A stretch of DNA of 64,000 bases from Eubacteriales bacterium (GTDB taxonomy: Bacteria > Bacillota > Clostridia > Oscillospirales > CAG-272), in the NCBI GenBank assembly GCA_045632345.1, contig JAZQWM010000008.1, positions 58,236 through 122,235 of the forward strand. The letters are read 5' to 3'. Of the stretch, positions 44,412 to 55,096 are shown in pieces (position 1 is the stretch's first letter; each line of letters opens with the position of its first letter). The position numbers and the translations under genes are program-made. A model generated the notes under the pieces. The model saw nothing but the letters and a program-made list of their open reading frames with translations. It was not told the DNA's origin and did no database searches.

Positions 44412-46391
44412 TTATTTTTTAAACTGTGTTTCCATCCAAGCTATATGCTCATCTAGCCACGTTAAAAAGCGTTGCTTTCTTGTGGTTAAATTTGTTTTGG
44501 ACGTGCCAAATCGCATATTGTCATAATTTAAAAGAATCGTGTGGGCTTGTACGTCAACGTTGTCAAACGCTTCGTTTATGAACTCAACTAAATTATCCTT
44601 AACCTGATAAAATAGCTCTGTGTATCGCTCTCTAAATGAGTCCTTTTCTATTAAGTATTGATAATAGAATGGCGCGCCGTCCCATTTCATGCGGATTGTG
44701 GATAGACCGTCAACGCTTCCCATGTAGGAGTCAAAATCCCAGTTAGGTCCCATGCAAAGCTTGGTTTGGTCGCTTGAATCCTTTTTATAAAGGAATACGT
44801 TACAGCCGCCGCCGTCCTCAATACAAAGTAAATCGGACACAAGAAGCCATTTTACAAAGGAATCAAGGTCTATGTATTCAAGGTAGGAATCATCATCCTG
44901 CATTAATGCTTCCTCAAATCTAATTAGATAATCTCTTAAATACGTATAGTCGGGGGTTAAGTCCGGGTCGGGATATTTAAACGTAAAATACATAGGCGTA
45001 TTTTCAGTCAAAGGAGTGCTGAAATAGTAGTCCTCATTCCACCAATACGCATCACATTCAAATACGTATCCGTCCTCATCCACGTTTACACGCCATTTTT
45101 CCACGTCCTGTCCGCTGCCCTCTTCAACAGCCTCGGATAAAACGTAAATTCCTCTATATTCGCCGTTTACGTATAAGGTAACGTAGCAGTAATCGGGAGA
45201 CCACTCTGTATTTACGCCATCGGCAATAGCATCTCCGCAAATACGGTAGCCGTCGCTTCCGTAGTTAAGTAAAATCCAGTCCTTGTCGGCGTAAATATCG
45301 CTATTGTCGCTTCTGCCTATAAGGGGTGCTAAAAGGTCGGATTTTTTATCAAGCTTTAATTTATAAGGAAATCTACCGCTGGATGCGTATCTTGCGCTTG
45401 TGTTTCCTCTGATTTTTAGCTTTGCGCCTTGATATTTGTTGGCGTCTTGTGTATCGGCAGAGGAATAAACGATTTCGTTATTTTCATTGTAAATTACAGC
45501 CACACATCTTTCATAAAGCGCGTTTGTAATTCCTGCTCCCCAACATCCATCGGGAGATGAAACAAAATCACAGCTTGGCCACACGTAATTTTCGGTGGTG
45601 ATTTCAATTCGCGGAAAGCTTACCTTTTTAGGAGCTACCATGTAGCAACAGGAAAAGTCAATTTGCTTGCCCACGCGCGTTTCCGAAACTGCTCTTATTG
45701 AAATATTGTAAACCTCGTTTTCGTTCATTGTAAAAAGCTCTTTTTTAGAGTCCTTTGCGTCAACGTAAGAGGTGTGCGCGCCGTATTTGTCCGTGTAGGT
45801 TATTTCAACGTAGCGAAGCGGTTCAGCTTCATTTTGAGACCAAGAAATATTGAGCTTACCGTCATCGGAAATACCGTAGCCGTAGTCATTAAAGTATTCC
45901 TTGCTTGTTGACGGCATTGTGATTGTGTTGGCGTTTACCGTAAGGTCGGACTTAACGCCGTGAATACACCATAGGTCCATGCCGATTTTTTCAACGGATG
46001 AATATTCGCCACCGATTACTAATTTTGTTACATTGTATGTTTTTTGCGGCTTTATTGTAAGATATATTTTGCCTGTTCCGTCATTTCTTGGGTTGCCGCC
46101 AGGAGCGTCTGCTGAGTAGAAAATGTTCTTTAGCTCATTTTCAACCTCGTTACCATCGGTATATGGAGTGGCTATAAAATATTCGCTTTTAGATACAGTT
46201 GCCACGAAATAGCCTTGGGCTGTGTCTGTAATTTTATCTGTATCTGTGCTTGTGTCTGTTTTATCAGGTAAAGTGTCTATAATTTCCGTATCGGTTGATA
46301 CTGTGTCATTTGGCGTAGTGTTATAGCATGATGATAATACAATCAACGCTATAATGAAGCAAAGCGCCAAAAATAGCTTTTTATTTACCAT
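44412..46391 (-). CDS. CotH-family (atypical kinase fold) lipoprotein
   Basis: Lipobox LSSC; TDT-rich linker; YVNGEYRGIYVLSEAVE is typical of CotH. Confidence 0.7.
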   Translation of the reverse strand: MVNKKLFLALCFIIALIVLSSCYNTTPNDTVSTDTEIIDTLPDKTDTSTDTDKITDTAQGYFVATVSKSEYFIATPYTDGNEVENELKNIFYSADAPGGNPRNDGTGKIYLTIKPQKTYNVTKLVIGGEYSSVEKIGMDLWCIHGVKSDLTVNANTITMPSTSKEYFNDYGYGISDDGKLNISWSQNEAEPLRYVEITYTDKYGAHTSYVDAKDSKKELFTMNENEVYNISIRAVSETRVGKQIDFSCCYMVAPKKVSFPRIEITTENYVWPSCDFVSSPDGCWGAGITNALYERCVAVIYNENNEIVYSSADTQDANKYQGAKLKIRGNTSARYASSGRFPYKLKLDKKSDLLAPLIGRSDNSDIYADKDWILLNYGSDGYRICGDAIADGVNTEWSPDYCYVTLYVNGEYRGIYVLSEAVEEGSGQDVEKWRVNVDEDGYVFECDAYWWNEDYYFSTPLTENTPMYFTFKYPDPDLTPDYTYLRDYLIRFEEALMQDDDSYLEYIDLDSFVKWLLVSDLLCIEDGGGCNVFLYKKDSSDQTKLCMGPNWDFDSYMGSVDGLSTIRMKWDGAPFYYQYLIEKDSFRERYTELFYQVKDNLVEFINEAFDNVDVQAHTILLNYDNMRFGTSKTNLTTRKQRFLTWLDEHIAWMETQFKK

Positions 46392-46400
46392 AAAATCTCC

Positions 46401-48818
46401 TTATATCAGTAGCTCGTAGCTTTCGGTTAAAGCTCCGTTTTCGTAAACTACTGTTTTTACCTCGTATTTGCCAAAGGATAGGTCAAGCTGGGTATTGTTT
46501 ACCTTTATATATGATTTTTCGGTGCTTGGAGTGTTGTTTATTAAACGGAAAATAACTGCATCCTTATCGTATGCTTTTTTCATTGTTACAAGTGAAATTA
46601 CCTCTCCGCCCACACGTATATCAAGGCTTGATAACGACTTGCTATTTGGAATTGGGAAAATGTTAAGAGCGTAAGGCTTTGAAATAAACTCACTTGCTTT
46701 TCTTTCAAGCTGCCCCCTATCGGTTACGGTTAGTCTGAACGAATAGTTATTTTCCCCTTGGTCGATTTTCTTTGTAAATCTATCATGTGGGATAAGCTCT
46801 CTTTCCCCAATAGGATGTGCGCAGTAGGTAACGCCACGGACAAGGGACATATAAAGAGTGTCATTTTCAAAGTGGCTACCGTAAACGCTTGTATTCATAA
46901 ATGATACGCACTTTTCTCCCATATCAAGAGCAATAAAGCGATGTGCAACGTTTTCTCTGCCATCAGTAAATAGCTCCTGCGTGCCGAATGCAGTTTGACC
47001 GATAAGGTTGCCCGAAGCGTTAAATGGTACTTTTAGCTTGATTATCTTATTAACGTCGCCTAAATACAGATTAACGTCAATATCAACGTTATCGTTGTTT
47101 TTATAAATCTTGTATAAAATTCTAGCCTTGGTGTCATCACACTCAAAAAACGCTTCAATGCCTAGGTAAATATCGCCGTTTTCGATAATCTGCACGGACT
47201 TCATGCCATCAAATACGCCGTGAGGATTTTTTGAGAGGGAGAATTGTTTTTCATTTTCGCCCACTCTTAAAAGCTGATTTTTGCCCATTCCCCATGGGTC
47301 AGCGTTATCGTCAAAGGAGCAAATGCCGAAGCCGTCCTTTAAATATTCAACGCCGTCAATTTTGTATGATTTTAAAAGACCTGTGTTTTTGTCTATTTCA
47401 ACGTGCTTTCTTCCGTTATCGTATGTAAATACGGAGTCAAGGGACTTTTCCTCTTTATCCTTAAAATCAACGTAAACGCTGTAACGCGCCAAGGACATTG
47501 GCTTTAATTTTGCCTCGAAAATAACGCGCTTACGCCAGTCAAGATTAAGGTTGCTATCCTCTTTTATAATTTGGTAAGGAACTGCGTTTGAGTTTTCGTC
47601 AACTACTCTTAAAACGGAATTTATATTCTCATTCCAGTTTTGGTCGGCAAGAGTAAATTCACACTCCACGTTATCACATAGCTCATATGGATTAGGGTTG
47701 AATATTACGAATGGATATTCCCCTTCCTTTGCAACTCCCTGCTCCTGAGAAAGTGCAAAATAAGACTTGATTTTAACTCTTTCAGCTTCAAGCATGCCGT
47801 GATTTAAGTATCTAAGACCTGCGTCCTCTCCGCATTGAACGGATGTGCCGGGTAATACGTCGTGGAACTGAGCGTTTAATAAATCCTCGGTTGCGATTTT
47901 TATTTCCTTTTCGGGATAGGTATCAATAGCTCCCTTTAGATAAGCCACAGATGCAATTTTTTCTGCCATTAAAATTTCATTTTCAAGCTGAGCGTGTAGC
48001 TTCTTTACACGGTACATAGACGTATAACAGCCGGGCATTGAAATTTTAAGTGAGGTATCAACAACGTCACTTGGCTCTATTTCGCTGAAAAATTTATCGG
48101 GAGTAGAGTGGATAAATTCCTTTTCGGTATTGCATAAAAGCTGATTTTTAATGTCCTCTAAATCCTTTTTTGAAGGACCGCCGCCGTGATTACCAACACC
48201 CCAAAGAGCCACGCCCACGTCATATGGCTGCCACTTTGTTTTATGGTAAAGGGATTCTGCGCTTTTGCCAAGAGGTGTGCCGTAGCCGCCTGTAATTCTT
48301 ACAGCCTTTATCTCACTGCCATCAAGTCCGCGCCAAATAAAGTGGTCGCTTGGTAATTCCATTTCGCTTCCGTATGGTCGCATAAATAAATAGCCGTCTT
48401 GACCGCACTTTTTTATAATCTGAACAAGTCCAACGCTATGTCCGAATGGGTCAAGATTTATGGCGGTAGTAGGACAAACGCCAAACTTTTCCTTAAAGTA
48501 TCTTTGTCCCTCTCTTATTTGGCGAACAAAGCTTTCGCCACATGGTAAATTACAGTCCGGCTGTAAATACCAGCCACCCATTATGTGCCACTTGCCTAGC
48601 TTTACAAGCTCCTTAATTCTTTCAAAAAGCTCCGGAGCGTACTCCTCAATATATTTATAAACTGTTACCTCATTATGGCAAAAAATATAGTCAAATTCAT
48701 CACAAAGATTTGCCGCAGTATAGAAGGTTGAGAGGGTTGCGCTAACTCCCTCAGGCCAGTCCCATTGCCAAATGGGGTCAATATGGGCATTACATACTAG
48801 GTGCATTCTTTTTTTCAT
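46401..48818 (-). CDS. glycoside hydrolase family 38 alpha-mannosidase (cytoplasmic)
   Basis: N-terminal HLVCNAHIDPIWQWDWPEG, ..HGGG.., 805 aa. Confidence 0.9.
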   Translation of the reverse strand: MKKRMHLVCNAHIDPIWQWDWPEGVSATLSTFYTAANLCDEFDYIFCHNEVTVYKYIEEYAPELFERIKELVKLGKWHIMGGWYLQPDCNLPCGESFVRQIREGQRYFKEKFGVCPTTAINLDPFGHSVGLVQIIKKCGQDGYLFMRPYGSEMELPSDHFIWRGLDGSEIKAVRITGGYGTPLGKSAESLYHKTKWQPYDVGVALWGVGNHGGGPSKKDLEDIKNQLLCNTEKEFIHSTPDKFFSEIEPSDVVDTSLKISMPGCYTSMYRVKKLHAQLENEILMAEKIASVAYLKGAIDTYPEKEIKIATEDLLNAQFHDVLPGTSVQCGEDAGLRYLNHGMLEAERVKIKSYFALSQEQGVAKEGEYPFVIFNPNPYELCDNVECEFTLADQNWNENINSVLRVVDENSNAVPYQIIKEDSNLNLDWRKRVIFEAKLKPMSLARYSVYVDFKDKEEKSLDSVFTYDNGRKHVEIDKNTGLLKSYKIDGVEYLKDGFGICSFDDNADPWGMGKNQLLRVGENEKQFSLSKNPHGVFDGMKSVQIIENGDIYLGIEAFFECDDTKARILYKIYKNNDNVDIDVNLYLGDVNKIIKLKVPFNASGNLIGQTAFGTQELFTDGRENVAHRFIALDMGEKCVSFMNTSVYGSHFENDTLYMSLVRGVTYCAHPIGERELIPHDRFTKKIDQGENNYSFRLTVTDRGQLERKASEFISKPYALNIFPIPNSKSLSSLDIRVGGEVISLVTMKKAYDKDAVIFRLINNTPSTEKSYIKVNNTQLDLSFGKYEVKTVVYENGALTESYELLI

Positions 48819-48852
48819 AATAAACCGTCCTTATTTGTCCGTAGTCATACTC

Positions 48853-48881
48853 AGTATAGCACTATATTATAATATTGTCAA
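48853..48881 (-). promoter_or_regulatory. sigma-70-type promoter for the GH38 gene
   Basis: Minus strand reads TTGACA, 17 nt, TATACT. Confidence 0.65.
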
Positions 48882-48902
48882 CAAAATTAAAAGGGATAGA
48901 TT

Positions 48903-49086
48903 TTAGCGTGATGTCCTTAACGGACAAATCACGCTAAGTTATGATTGCCCTTGCGGGCAAGTTATGAGTTATGAAATGCTACGCATTGTTATGATTGGCT
49001 TCGCCAAGTTTAAGATTGGATGGGCAATCATATCATAACGTTTGCGTAGCAAACTCATAACGGCGAGCAAAGCGAGCCTCATAACT
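48903..49086. repeat. GTTATGA/TCATAAC hairpin-array element, copy C (core inverted relative to B and D)
   Basis: Starts with the nested hairpin TTAGCGTGAT..ATCACGCTAA. Then four GTTATGA units, core GTTTAAGATTGGATGGGCAATCATA, and three TCATAAC units. Confidence 0.9.
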
Positions 49087-49100
49087 CTAAATGAAAACCA

Positions 49101-49153
49101 ACAGAAAAAGAGCAGACATACAAGATTTAGTCTTGCATGTCTGCTCTTTCTGT
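49101..49153 (-). terminator. long hairpin, terminator-like
   Basis: ACAGAAAAAGAGCAGACATACAAGA / TCTTGCATGTCTGCTCTTTCTGT, a stem of over 20 bp. Confidence 0.5.
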
Positions 49154-49271
49154 TTGTAATAAGGGTTTGGGCTTAGCCCATTTATAATTTGATTGGTCAA
49201 ATACGATGCTCGCACTTAACGGCGGTTTTCAAATTCTCCGCTAAGAACATCATCCTTTCTATCCCTTTTCG

Positions 49272-51119
49272 TTAGTTATTCGGAAGTGCAGATGTTTTGT
49301 AGTCCTCGGCTATAATTACGTTATCAATGAAAAACGCTGTGTTGATGAACGATGCGTTTAGAACAGAGCCATAGAAGTAGAAGCCTGTAATAAGAGTGTC
49401 CTCTTTTGGGAAGATTCTATCTTGAAGCATATCTTCTATTGCAAATGCAAAATATCCCTTTTTGCCTTGAACTGAGCTTGCACCGCCATCGCCCTTACCA
49501 AAGCAGCCGTCATAGCCGAAGGAAAGAGCTTCCCATTCTGTTGAGCCGTCTGCAAGATAGTAGAAGCTTGAGTATGAGCCGTTATTATCGTCAGATCTAT
49601 ATGGAAATTCAGCGCCTGCTGTGGACGTGAAGCCCACAGATGCTTTTCTAATCTCTACCTCTGTAAAGTCCATCCAAACGATAATATATTTGTTGTTTCC
49701 GACCTTGCCGTAGGTGTCAAGATCTATTGCAAACTCAAATGCACCCTCGCTTCCCCCAAGGCTTGTGGAAATGTAAAGTCCCTTTGAGCCGTTTACTCCC
49801 ACTTTTTTAGCAGGCTCGGCAAGAACGTTTGCGGTAAGCTCCTTGTTATCCCAGCCGGAAATTACAATATCGTTAATTCCGCTTTCAAAGTCTTCAAGAA
49901 CAGTACCGCTTTGGAAAGCATCGTAATCATTTGGGTTTGGTCTTTCAACAAGGTATTCAACGTAGGTAGGAACGTTATCTGTTTTTGATGCATTTAAGTC
50001 AAGGACTCTTGAGCCTTGAATAGACGTTGAGTAATAGGTTAAATCACTTAGGTTAGGAGATGCTATAAGCTTAACTCCCTTATAATTTATCGCATAGTCA
50101 TTTATGTGGTCATGGCCTGTAACGATAGCTTTAACGTTGCCAAGTTCAAGAATTGTTTCAAAAAGATTTGTATCAACCTCTGACGGATGCGCGCTTTCGT
50201 TAAAGCCCCCGGTAAATTCATAAACGACCTCAGGATTGTTTACGTTTTTGTATGCATCTCTATTTTCAATAAGAGGAATGTGGAACGCCATAATGCCGTT
50301 AACGTGTTCACCGTTATTGTATTCCTTAATAAGAAGTGAGGTTTCCTTGTACCAATCAATTTGGTCCTGCTTAATAAAATCGTAGTAGCTTGAATATTGT
50401 GTTTGGTCTGCGTATGCGCCTGAGTCAAGAAGCCAGATAAGAGAGCCTAAGCTACCGTCTCTGTTATAAACGCCGTGAACGTAGGTGCCTGTACCGCTTA
50501 ATTCCGTTACGTCCTTTGAAATGCAATATTCGTAGGACTCATAAATTGCTTGCTGTTTTTCATGGTCAAGAGCGTTTTCGTGGTCGTGGTTGCCGTAAAC
50601 GTGGCACCAAGGAATTTGCTTTTCCTCAATATAGCTTACAATAGCGTTTAAGTTTTTGCGTAGGCTTACCTCGTAAATTGAATTTATGGTGTTATCTCCT
50701 GTTAAAATTACAAGGTTAGGTTGAATTTGGTCAACCATCTGTTTAATTCTAATCTTTACTCTTTCAACGCTGGCAGAGCTTGCATTTACGTTCATGTGAG
50801 CGTCGGCAATAATCATAACTCTGAATGAGCCGTCCTTGTTGTATTCAAGACGGTGCTTGCTTTCAAGTAACGCTTCAGCCTGAGAAATAATTTCCTCGCT
50901 TGCATTACTTTGCCATGGCTCAATTATAACGTCCTCTTCCTCTGGAATATCGGTGTCTGTGTCGCTATTTACGCTGCTATCCTCGTTTTCGCTGTCGCTT
51001 GACGTGTCGCCTTCAATGCTTGAATCGGTATCTGTGTCGGTATTTTCGCCACATGCAACCAATGAACAAATCAACAAAGCTAAAAGAGCAAGGATAACTA
51101 ATAATTTAATTGCTTTCAT
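49272..51119 (-). CDS. lipoprotein metallophosphoesterase (calcineurin-like) with C-terminal beta-rich domain, paralog 1
   Basis: Lipobox LVAC; D/T/S linker; motifs IIADAHMN, TGDN, GNHDHE, FHIP, GHDH. Confidence 0.8.
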   Translation of the reverse strand: MKAIKLLVILALLALLICSLVACGENTDTDTDSSIEGDTSSDSENEDSSVNSDTDTDIPEEEDVIIEPWQSNASEEIISQAEALLESKHRLEYNKDGSFRVMIIADAHMNVNASSASVERVKIRIKQMVDQIQPNLVILTGDNTINSIYEVSLRKNLNAIVSYIEEKQIPWCHVYGNHDHENALDHEKQQAIYESYEYCISKDVTELSGTGTYVHGVYNRDGSLGSLIWLLDSGAYADQTQYSSYYDFIKQDQIDWYKETSLLIKEYNNGEHVNGIMAFHIPLIENRDAYKNVNNPEVVYEFTGGFNESAHPSEVDTNLFETILELGNVKAIVTGHDHINDYAINYKGVKLIASPNLSDLTYYSTSIQGSRVLDLNASKTDNVPTYVEYLVERPNPNDYDAFQSGTVLEDFESGINDIVISGWDNKELTANVLAEPAKKVGVNGSKGLYISTSLGGSEGAFEFAIDLDTYGKVGNNKYIIVWMDFTEVEIRKASVGFTSTAGAEFPYRSDDNNGSYSSFYYLADGSTEWEALSFGYDGCFGKGDGGASSVQGKKGYFAFAIEDMLQDRIFPKEDTLITGFYFYGSVLNASFINTAFFIDNVIIAEDYKTSALPNN

Positions 51120-51161
51120 GTTTTCTCCCTTAAATATTCCTTTTTATTCGTAATCATATTT

Positions 51162-51190
51162 AGTATATCATTATGTTATAATAAAGTCAA
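51162..51190 (-). promoter_or_regulatory. sigma-70-type promoter
   Basis: Minus strand reads TTGACT, 17 nt, TATACT. Preceded by the terminator hairpin GGGGATAG/CTATCCC of the upstream gene. Confidence 0.65.
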
Positions 51191-51228
51191 CAAAATTAAA
51201 GGGATAGAATACCTATCCCCTTTAATGT

Positions 51229-53205
51229 TTATTCAGTTGGAAGGGATGCTGCTTGATAATTTTCAACAAGCATTACGTTATCAATATAGAATGGCTTGTT
51301 AAGGTATGCTTCTCCCCACCAAAGTGAAGCGTAGAAGTATAAGCCTGTGATAACTGTATTTTCATTCATTCTATTGTTTCCTTGACGTAAATCGTCAATA
51401 GGAAATGCGAAATATCCCTTTAAGCCGTTTACTGAGCCCTCTTGCTCTCTGCCGAAGCAACCATCTGAGCCATGGGCAAGCTCCTTCCATTCCTTAGTGC
51501 CGTCTGCAAGATAGTAGAATTTAGGGGAAGCGCCATCAAGGTCATCTGTTCTAAACGGATTTTCGTATCCGTCAGTTGTTGTAAGACCGATACATGCCTT
51601 TCTAAAATCAATCTGTGTTAAATCCATCCAGAAAATAACGTACTGGTTGTTTCCAACCTTACCTGCGCTCGAAATATCAATTACAAACTCAAAGTTTCCT
51701 GTGTTATCACGAATAACCTCAAGACCAACTGAGCCGCCTGTACCCTTGCCGTCAACGGCGGTAATTGTAGCAGTTCCTGCCATAGGGTTACTAGCCCAGC
51801 CTGAAACAACAGGATCTGCAAATTCGCCTTCAAAGTCCTCTAAAACAATATCCTTGCCAAGGTCCTCGAAATCATCGGGATTTACTCTTTCAATTACGTA
51901 TTCAACGTACGTTGGAATATTGTTAAGAGTTGACGTATTTAAGTCAAATACTCTTGAGCCTTGGAACGTTACGTTATAATACGTAAGGTCGCTAAGGTTA
52001 GGAGAGGACGTAAGCTTAACGCCCTTATAGTTAAACATATAGTCGTTTACGTGGTCGTGTCCTGTAACGATTGCCTTAACGTCGCCAAGCTCAAGGATAG
52101 TTTCAAGAAGATTTGTGTCAACCTCGGATGGACACATAGCCTCATTAACACCGCCGGACGCATCTAAAACGATTTCAGAATTGTTTACGTTCTTTTGTGC
52201 ATCTCTGTTTTCAATTAGCGGAATATGGAACGCCATCATACCCTTAACGGTAACGCCGTTATTGTATTCCTTAATAAGAAGTGATGATTCCTTATACCAG
52301 TTAATTTGGTCCTCTTTAATAAAGTCGTAGTAGCCCGGGTATCCTGAGGCTACGTATGAGCCTGAGTCAATTAGCCAAATAAGAGAGCCAAGGCTTCCGT
52401 CCTTGTTGTAAACGCCGTGCACATACGTACCTGTGCCGCTTAATTCTGTAACGTCCTTTGAAATGCAGTATTCAAATGACTCATAAATTTCTTGCTGCTT
52501 AGCGTGGCTTAACGCGTTTTCATGGTCATGGTTACCGTACACGTGGCACCAAGGAATTTGCTTTTCCTCAATGTAGCCAACAATAGCTGAAATATCATCG
52601 CGAAGCTTTGATTCGGTGTTGGCGTTAATAGTGTTATCGCCTGTTAAAATAACTAAGTTAGGTTGAATTTTATCAACCATCATTTTAACTCTGTCCTTAA
52701 CCTCTTGTACGTCAACCTCGTTGCCTAATGCGTTCATGTGTGCATCGGCAATAATCATAACTCTGAATGAGCCGTCCTCGTTATATTCAAGACGGTGCTT
52801 GCTTTTAAGTAACGCTTCAGCCTGAGAAATAACGTCTGCGCTTGCATTGCTTTGCCATATCTCGTTTGTGTCATCTGAGCCATCGTCTGCTACGTCGCTA
52901 TCGGTATCGCTGTCGGTAGGCTCACTGTCAGTTGTGATTTCACTATCCGTATTAGTTTCGGTATCAGTATCACTTGAAATATCGCTATCTGTGTCTGTAA
53001 TTTGGTCTGTATCTGTGTCAGTATCGCTTAAAATGTCGCTGTCTGTGTCGCTATTTACGCTTGTGTCCTTAATTTCGCTATCAATTTGAGTGTCGTTTTC
53101 CGCGGTTGAGTTTGTATCTGTGTCGGTGCTTTCCCCACACGCAACCATGGTAAAAATCAATAAAAGCGAAAGAGCAAGTAAAGCTAATAATTTAATTGCT
53201 TTCAT
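51229..53205 (-). CDS. lipoprotein metallophosphoesterase, paralog 2
   Basis: Lipobox MVAC, a longer D/T/S linker and the same phosphoesterase motifs. The catalytic domain aligns by eye with paralog 1 at roughly three-quarters identity. Confidence 0.8.
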   Translation of the reverse strand: MKAIKLLALLALSLLLIFTMVACGESTDTDTNSTAENDTQIDSEIKDTSVNSDTDSDILSDTDTDTDQITDTDSDISSDTDTETNTDSEITTDSEPTDSDTDSDVADDGSDDTNEIWQSNASADVISQAEALLKSKHRLEYNEDGSFRVMIIADAHMNALGNEVDVQEVKDRVKMMVDKIQPNLVILTGDNTINANTESKLRDDISAIVGYIEEKQIPWCHVYGNHDHENALSHAKQQEIYESFEYCISKDVTELSGTGTYVHGVYNKDGSLGSLIWLIDSGSYVASGYPGYYDFIKEDQINWYKESSLLIKEYNNGVTVKGMMAFHIPLIENRDAQKNVNNSEIVLDASGGVNEAMCPSEVDTNLLETILELGDVKAIVTGHDHVNDYMFNYKGVKLTSSPNLSDLTYYNVTFQGSRVFDLNTSTLNNIPTYVEYVIERVNPDDFEDLGKDIVLEDFEGEFADPVVSGWASNPMAGTATITAVDGKGTGGSVGLEVIRDNTGNFEFVIDISSAGKVGNNQYVIFWMDLTQIDFRKACIGLTTTDGYENPFRTDDLDGASPKFYYLADGTKEWKELAHGSDGCFGREQEGSVNGLKGYFAFPIDDLRQGNNRMNENTVITGLYFYASLWWGEAYLNKPFYIDNVMLVENYQAASLPTE

Positions 53206-53236
53206 AAAATTCTCCCTAAAATTTGTTTATATATAA

Positions 53237-53265
53237 ATTATAAGATAAAATTTCTCTAATGTCAA
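53237..53265 (-). promoter_or_regulatory. sigma-70-type promoter
   Basis: Minus strand reads TTGACA, 17 nt, TATAAT. Confidence 0.65.
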
Positions 53266-53273
53266 TAAAAATT

Positions 53274-54284
53274 CTAATTGTCTAGCTTCCATTCTTTTTT
53301 ATAGTGCAAGGATATTGTGTTGTCCTCATTAAAGGTAATAGGAAGCCACACGTATGAGCTTTTTAAAAAGTTTGATACGTTATGCCTTTCAAGCATGATA
53401 ATTTGCACGTCCGTGTTTTCTACGGAAAATACGTTTGAGGATTGGGTATTAAAGGTGGTATGAGTAAAATCATCTACACAGGGGTCGCCGATTTCCTCCC
53501 AGCTATCAAGCAGATGCTTTGTTCTAAACGCTTTTGCTTGGTTGGTTGCCCAGCCTGTTAGCCCTGAGGTTACAATATAGTAGTAGCCGTTCTTATACGC
53601 AACGACAGGAGCCTCACGCCACTCTGCAGCATCTATCCTTTTATACGTGTCTGTAAATGAAAGATAATCGTCGCTTAATTTAACCACGTGTAAGCATCTA
53701 TTACCTTGAAGCCCGCCGGTTTTATCTCCTAAAATTGGATCGGGGACGTGTCTATCGTATATAAGATATGCATATCCGTCAATATCCTTATATACCGTCA
53801 TATCTCTTACATAGCCATTTTCAATAGGCTTTACGAAGCCTTTATATTGGTAATTGCCGTTTACGGTGTCGCACACCGCAAGACCCATATCCGCATCTCC
53901 ATCTCCGTTACCGTGGTCGCCCGGATATTTAACGAAATGGCACCATAAAACGTACTGCTTGGTTTTTTCGTTATAGATAATCTTTGGGCGTTCAAATCGC
54001 ATAGGCGCATAAAGGTCGCTTTGCGGGTCATTGCTTACGGCTAAAATAACGCCCTCGTATTCCCAATTAAGCAGATCGCTTGATTGATACATTACAACGC
54101 CAATATCCGTCATTTGCCCGCCGTGAGGACCGCTACCCATAGGCAGAGGGCGAAACGCCATTCCGTACCAATGGTATTTGCCATCGGCAAAAATAATACC
54201 GCCATCGCTTGCGTTAATTATATTGCCGTCGGTGTCATGCCAATCTATAAATTCGTTTATTTCTCCGTGATTAAATGATTTCAT
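53274..54284 (-). CDS. GH43-like five-bladed beta-propeller glycoside hydrolase (cytoplasmic)
   Basis: DGKYHWYG, ERPKIIYN..YVLW and YYYIVTSG blade-like repeats. Family-level call only. Confidence 0.55.
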   Translation of the reverse strand: MKSFNHGEINEFIDWHDTDGNIINASDGGIIFADGKYHWYGMAFRPLPMGSGPHGGQMTDIGVVMYQSSDLLNWEYEGVILAVSNDPQSDLYAPMRFERPKIIYNEKTKQYVLWCHFVKYPGDHGNGDGDADMGLAVCDTVNGNYQYKGFVKPIENGYVRDMTVYKDIDGYAYLIYDRHVPDPILGDKTGGLQGNRCLHVVKLSDDYLSFTDTYKRIDAAEWREAPVVAYKNGYYYIVTSGLTGWATNQAKAFRTKHLLDSWEEIGDPCVDDFTHTTFNTQSSNVFSVENTDVQIIMLERHNVSNFLKSSYVWLPITFNEDNTISLHYKKEWKLDN

Positions 54285-54308
54285 AGCATTTTCCTTATTA
54301 TTTATTTT

Positions 54309-54336
54309 AAAAAAGGCACACAGGGTGCGCCTTTTT
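54309..54336. terminator. short terminator hairpin
   Basis: AAAAAGGCACAC-AGG-GTGCGCCTTTTT. Confidence 0.6.
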
Positions 54337-54340
54337 CAGC

Positions 54341-55087
54341 TTATATGTCAAGCTTGATAAAAAGTCCGTAATGGTCGGTTGGGTATTTACCGTCAACCAA
54401 TTCATCAATAATCTTTAAGCTGACAGGCTTAATTTTACCGTCAATAAAGCAAAAATCAATATGCTCATCATCCACCCTGCCGTAGCCGTGGTAGGTTGTT
54501 CTTCTATCGTTTATGGTTGCTCCGTTTACGTCTGTAAAGTACTTTGTAATTTCCTTGTAGCCAAGGCTGTCGGGCCTCATGTTAAAGTCGCCTGTTACAA
54601 AGGTTGGGTTATTTGAAATCTTCTTTGAGTATTCGTAAATAAGCTTAGAGCTTTTAACCTGACCGTTATCGCCAAAGCCGTAATGTGTGTTCATGTAGGT
54701 AAATACCTTGCCGCTTTCATTGTGCTTTAAAATAACGTACTGACACATTCTCCAGCAGTTGTAAAGCTCATCCCAGCCGCGAGACTCCACCTCAGGAGTG
54801 TCGGAAAGCCAGAAATAGCCCTTATCAAGAAGCTCAAACATTCCCTTTTTCCAAAGGATAGGCGCGCCCTCAAGCTCGTTTACAGAACGATATTTGTTGT
54901 ACATTTCATACTCTGGATAGAATTTTTCAATTTCCTTTTCCCAAGGAACTGTAAACTCCTGAAAGCCGATTATATCAGCATCGTATTTTTTAGTGATTTC
55001 TGCAAGTCTTGGGGCGCGCTCTATAATTGAGTTGCCATCCTTATCATCACAGCATCTTATATTAAAGCTTATAACACTTAATTCCAT
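54341..55087 (-). CDS. endonuclease/exonuclease/phosphatase (EEP) family protein
   Basis: N-terminal VISFNIR, GFQE, and C-terminal TDHYGL, all typical of the EEP fold. Confidence 0.75.
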   Translation of the reverse strand: MELSVISFNIRCCDDKDGNSIIERAPRLAEITKKYDADIIGFQEFTVPWEKEIEKFYPEYEMYNKYRSVNELEGAPILWKKGMFELLDKGYFWLSDTPEVESRGWDELYNCWRMCQYVILKHNESGKVFTYMNTHYGFGDNGQVKSSKLIYEYSKKISNNPTFVTGDFNMRPDSLGYKEITKYFTDVNGATINDRRTTYHGYGRVDDEHIDFCFIDGKIKPVSLKIIDELVDGKYPTDHYGLFIKLDI

Positions 55088-55096
55088 AGCAGCTCC

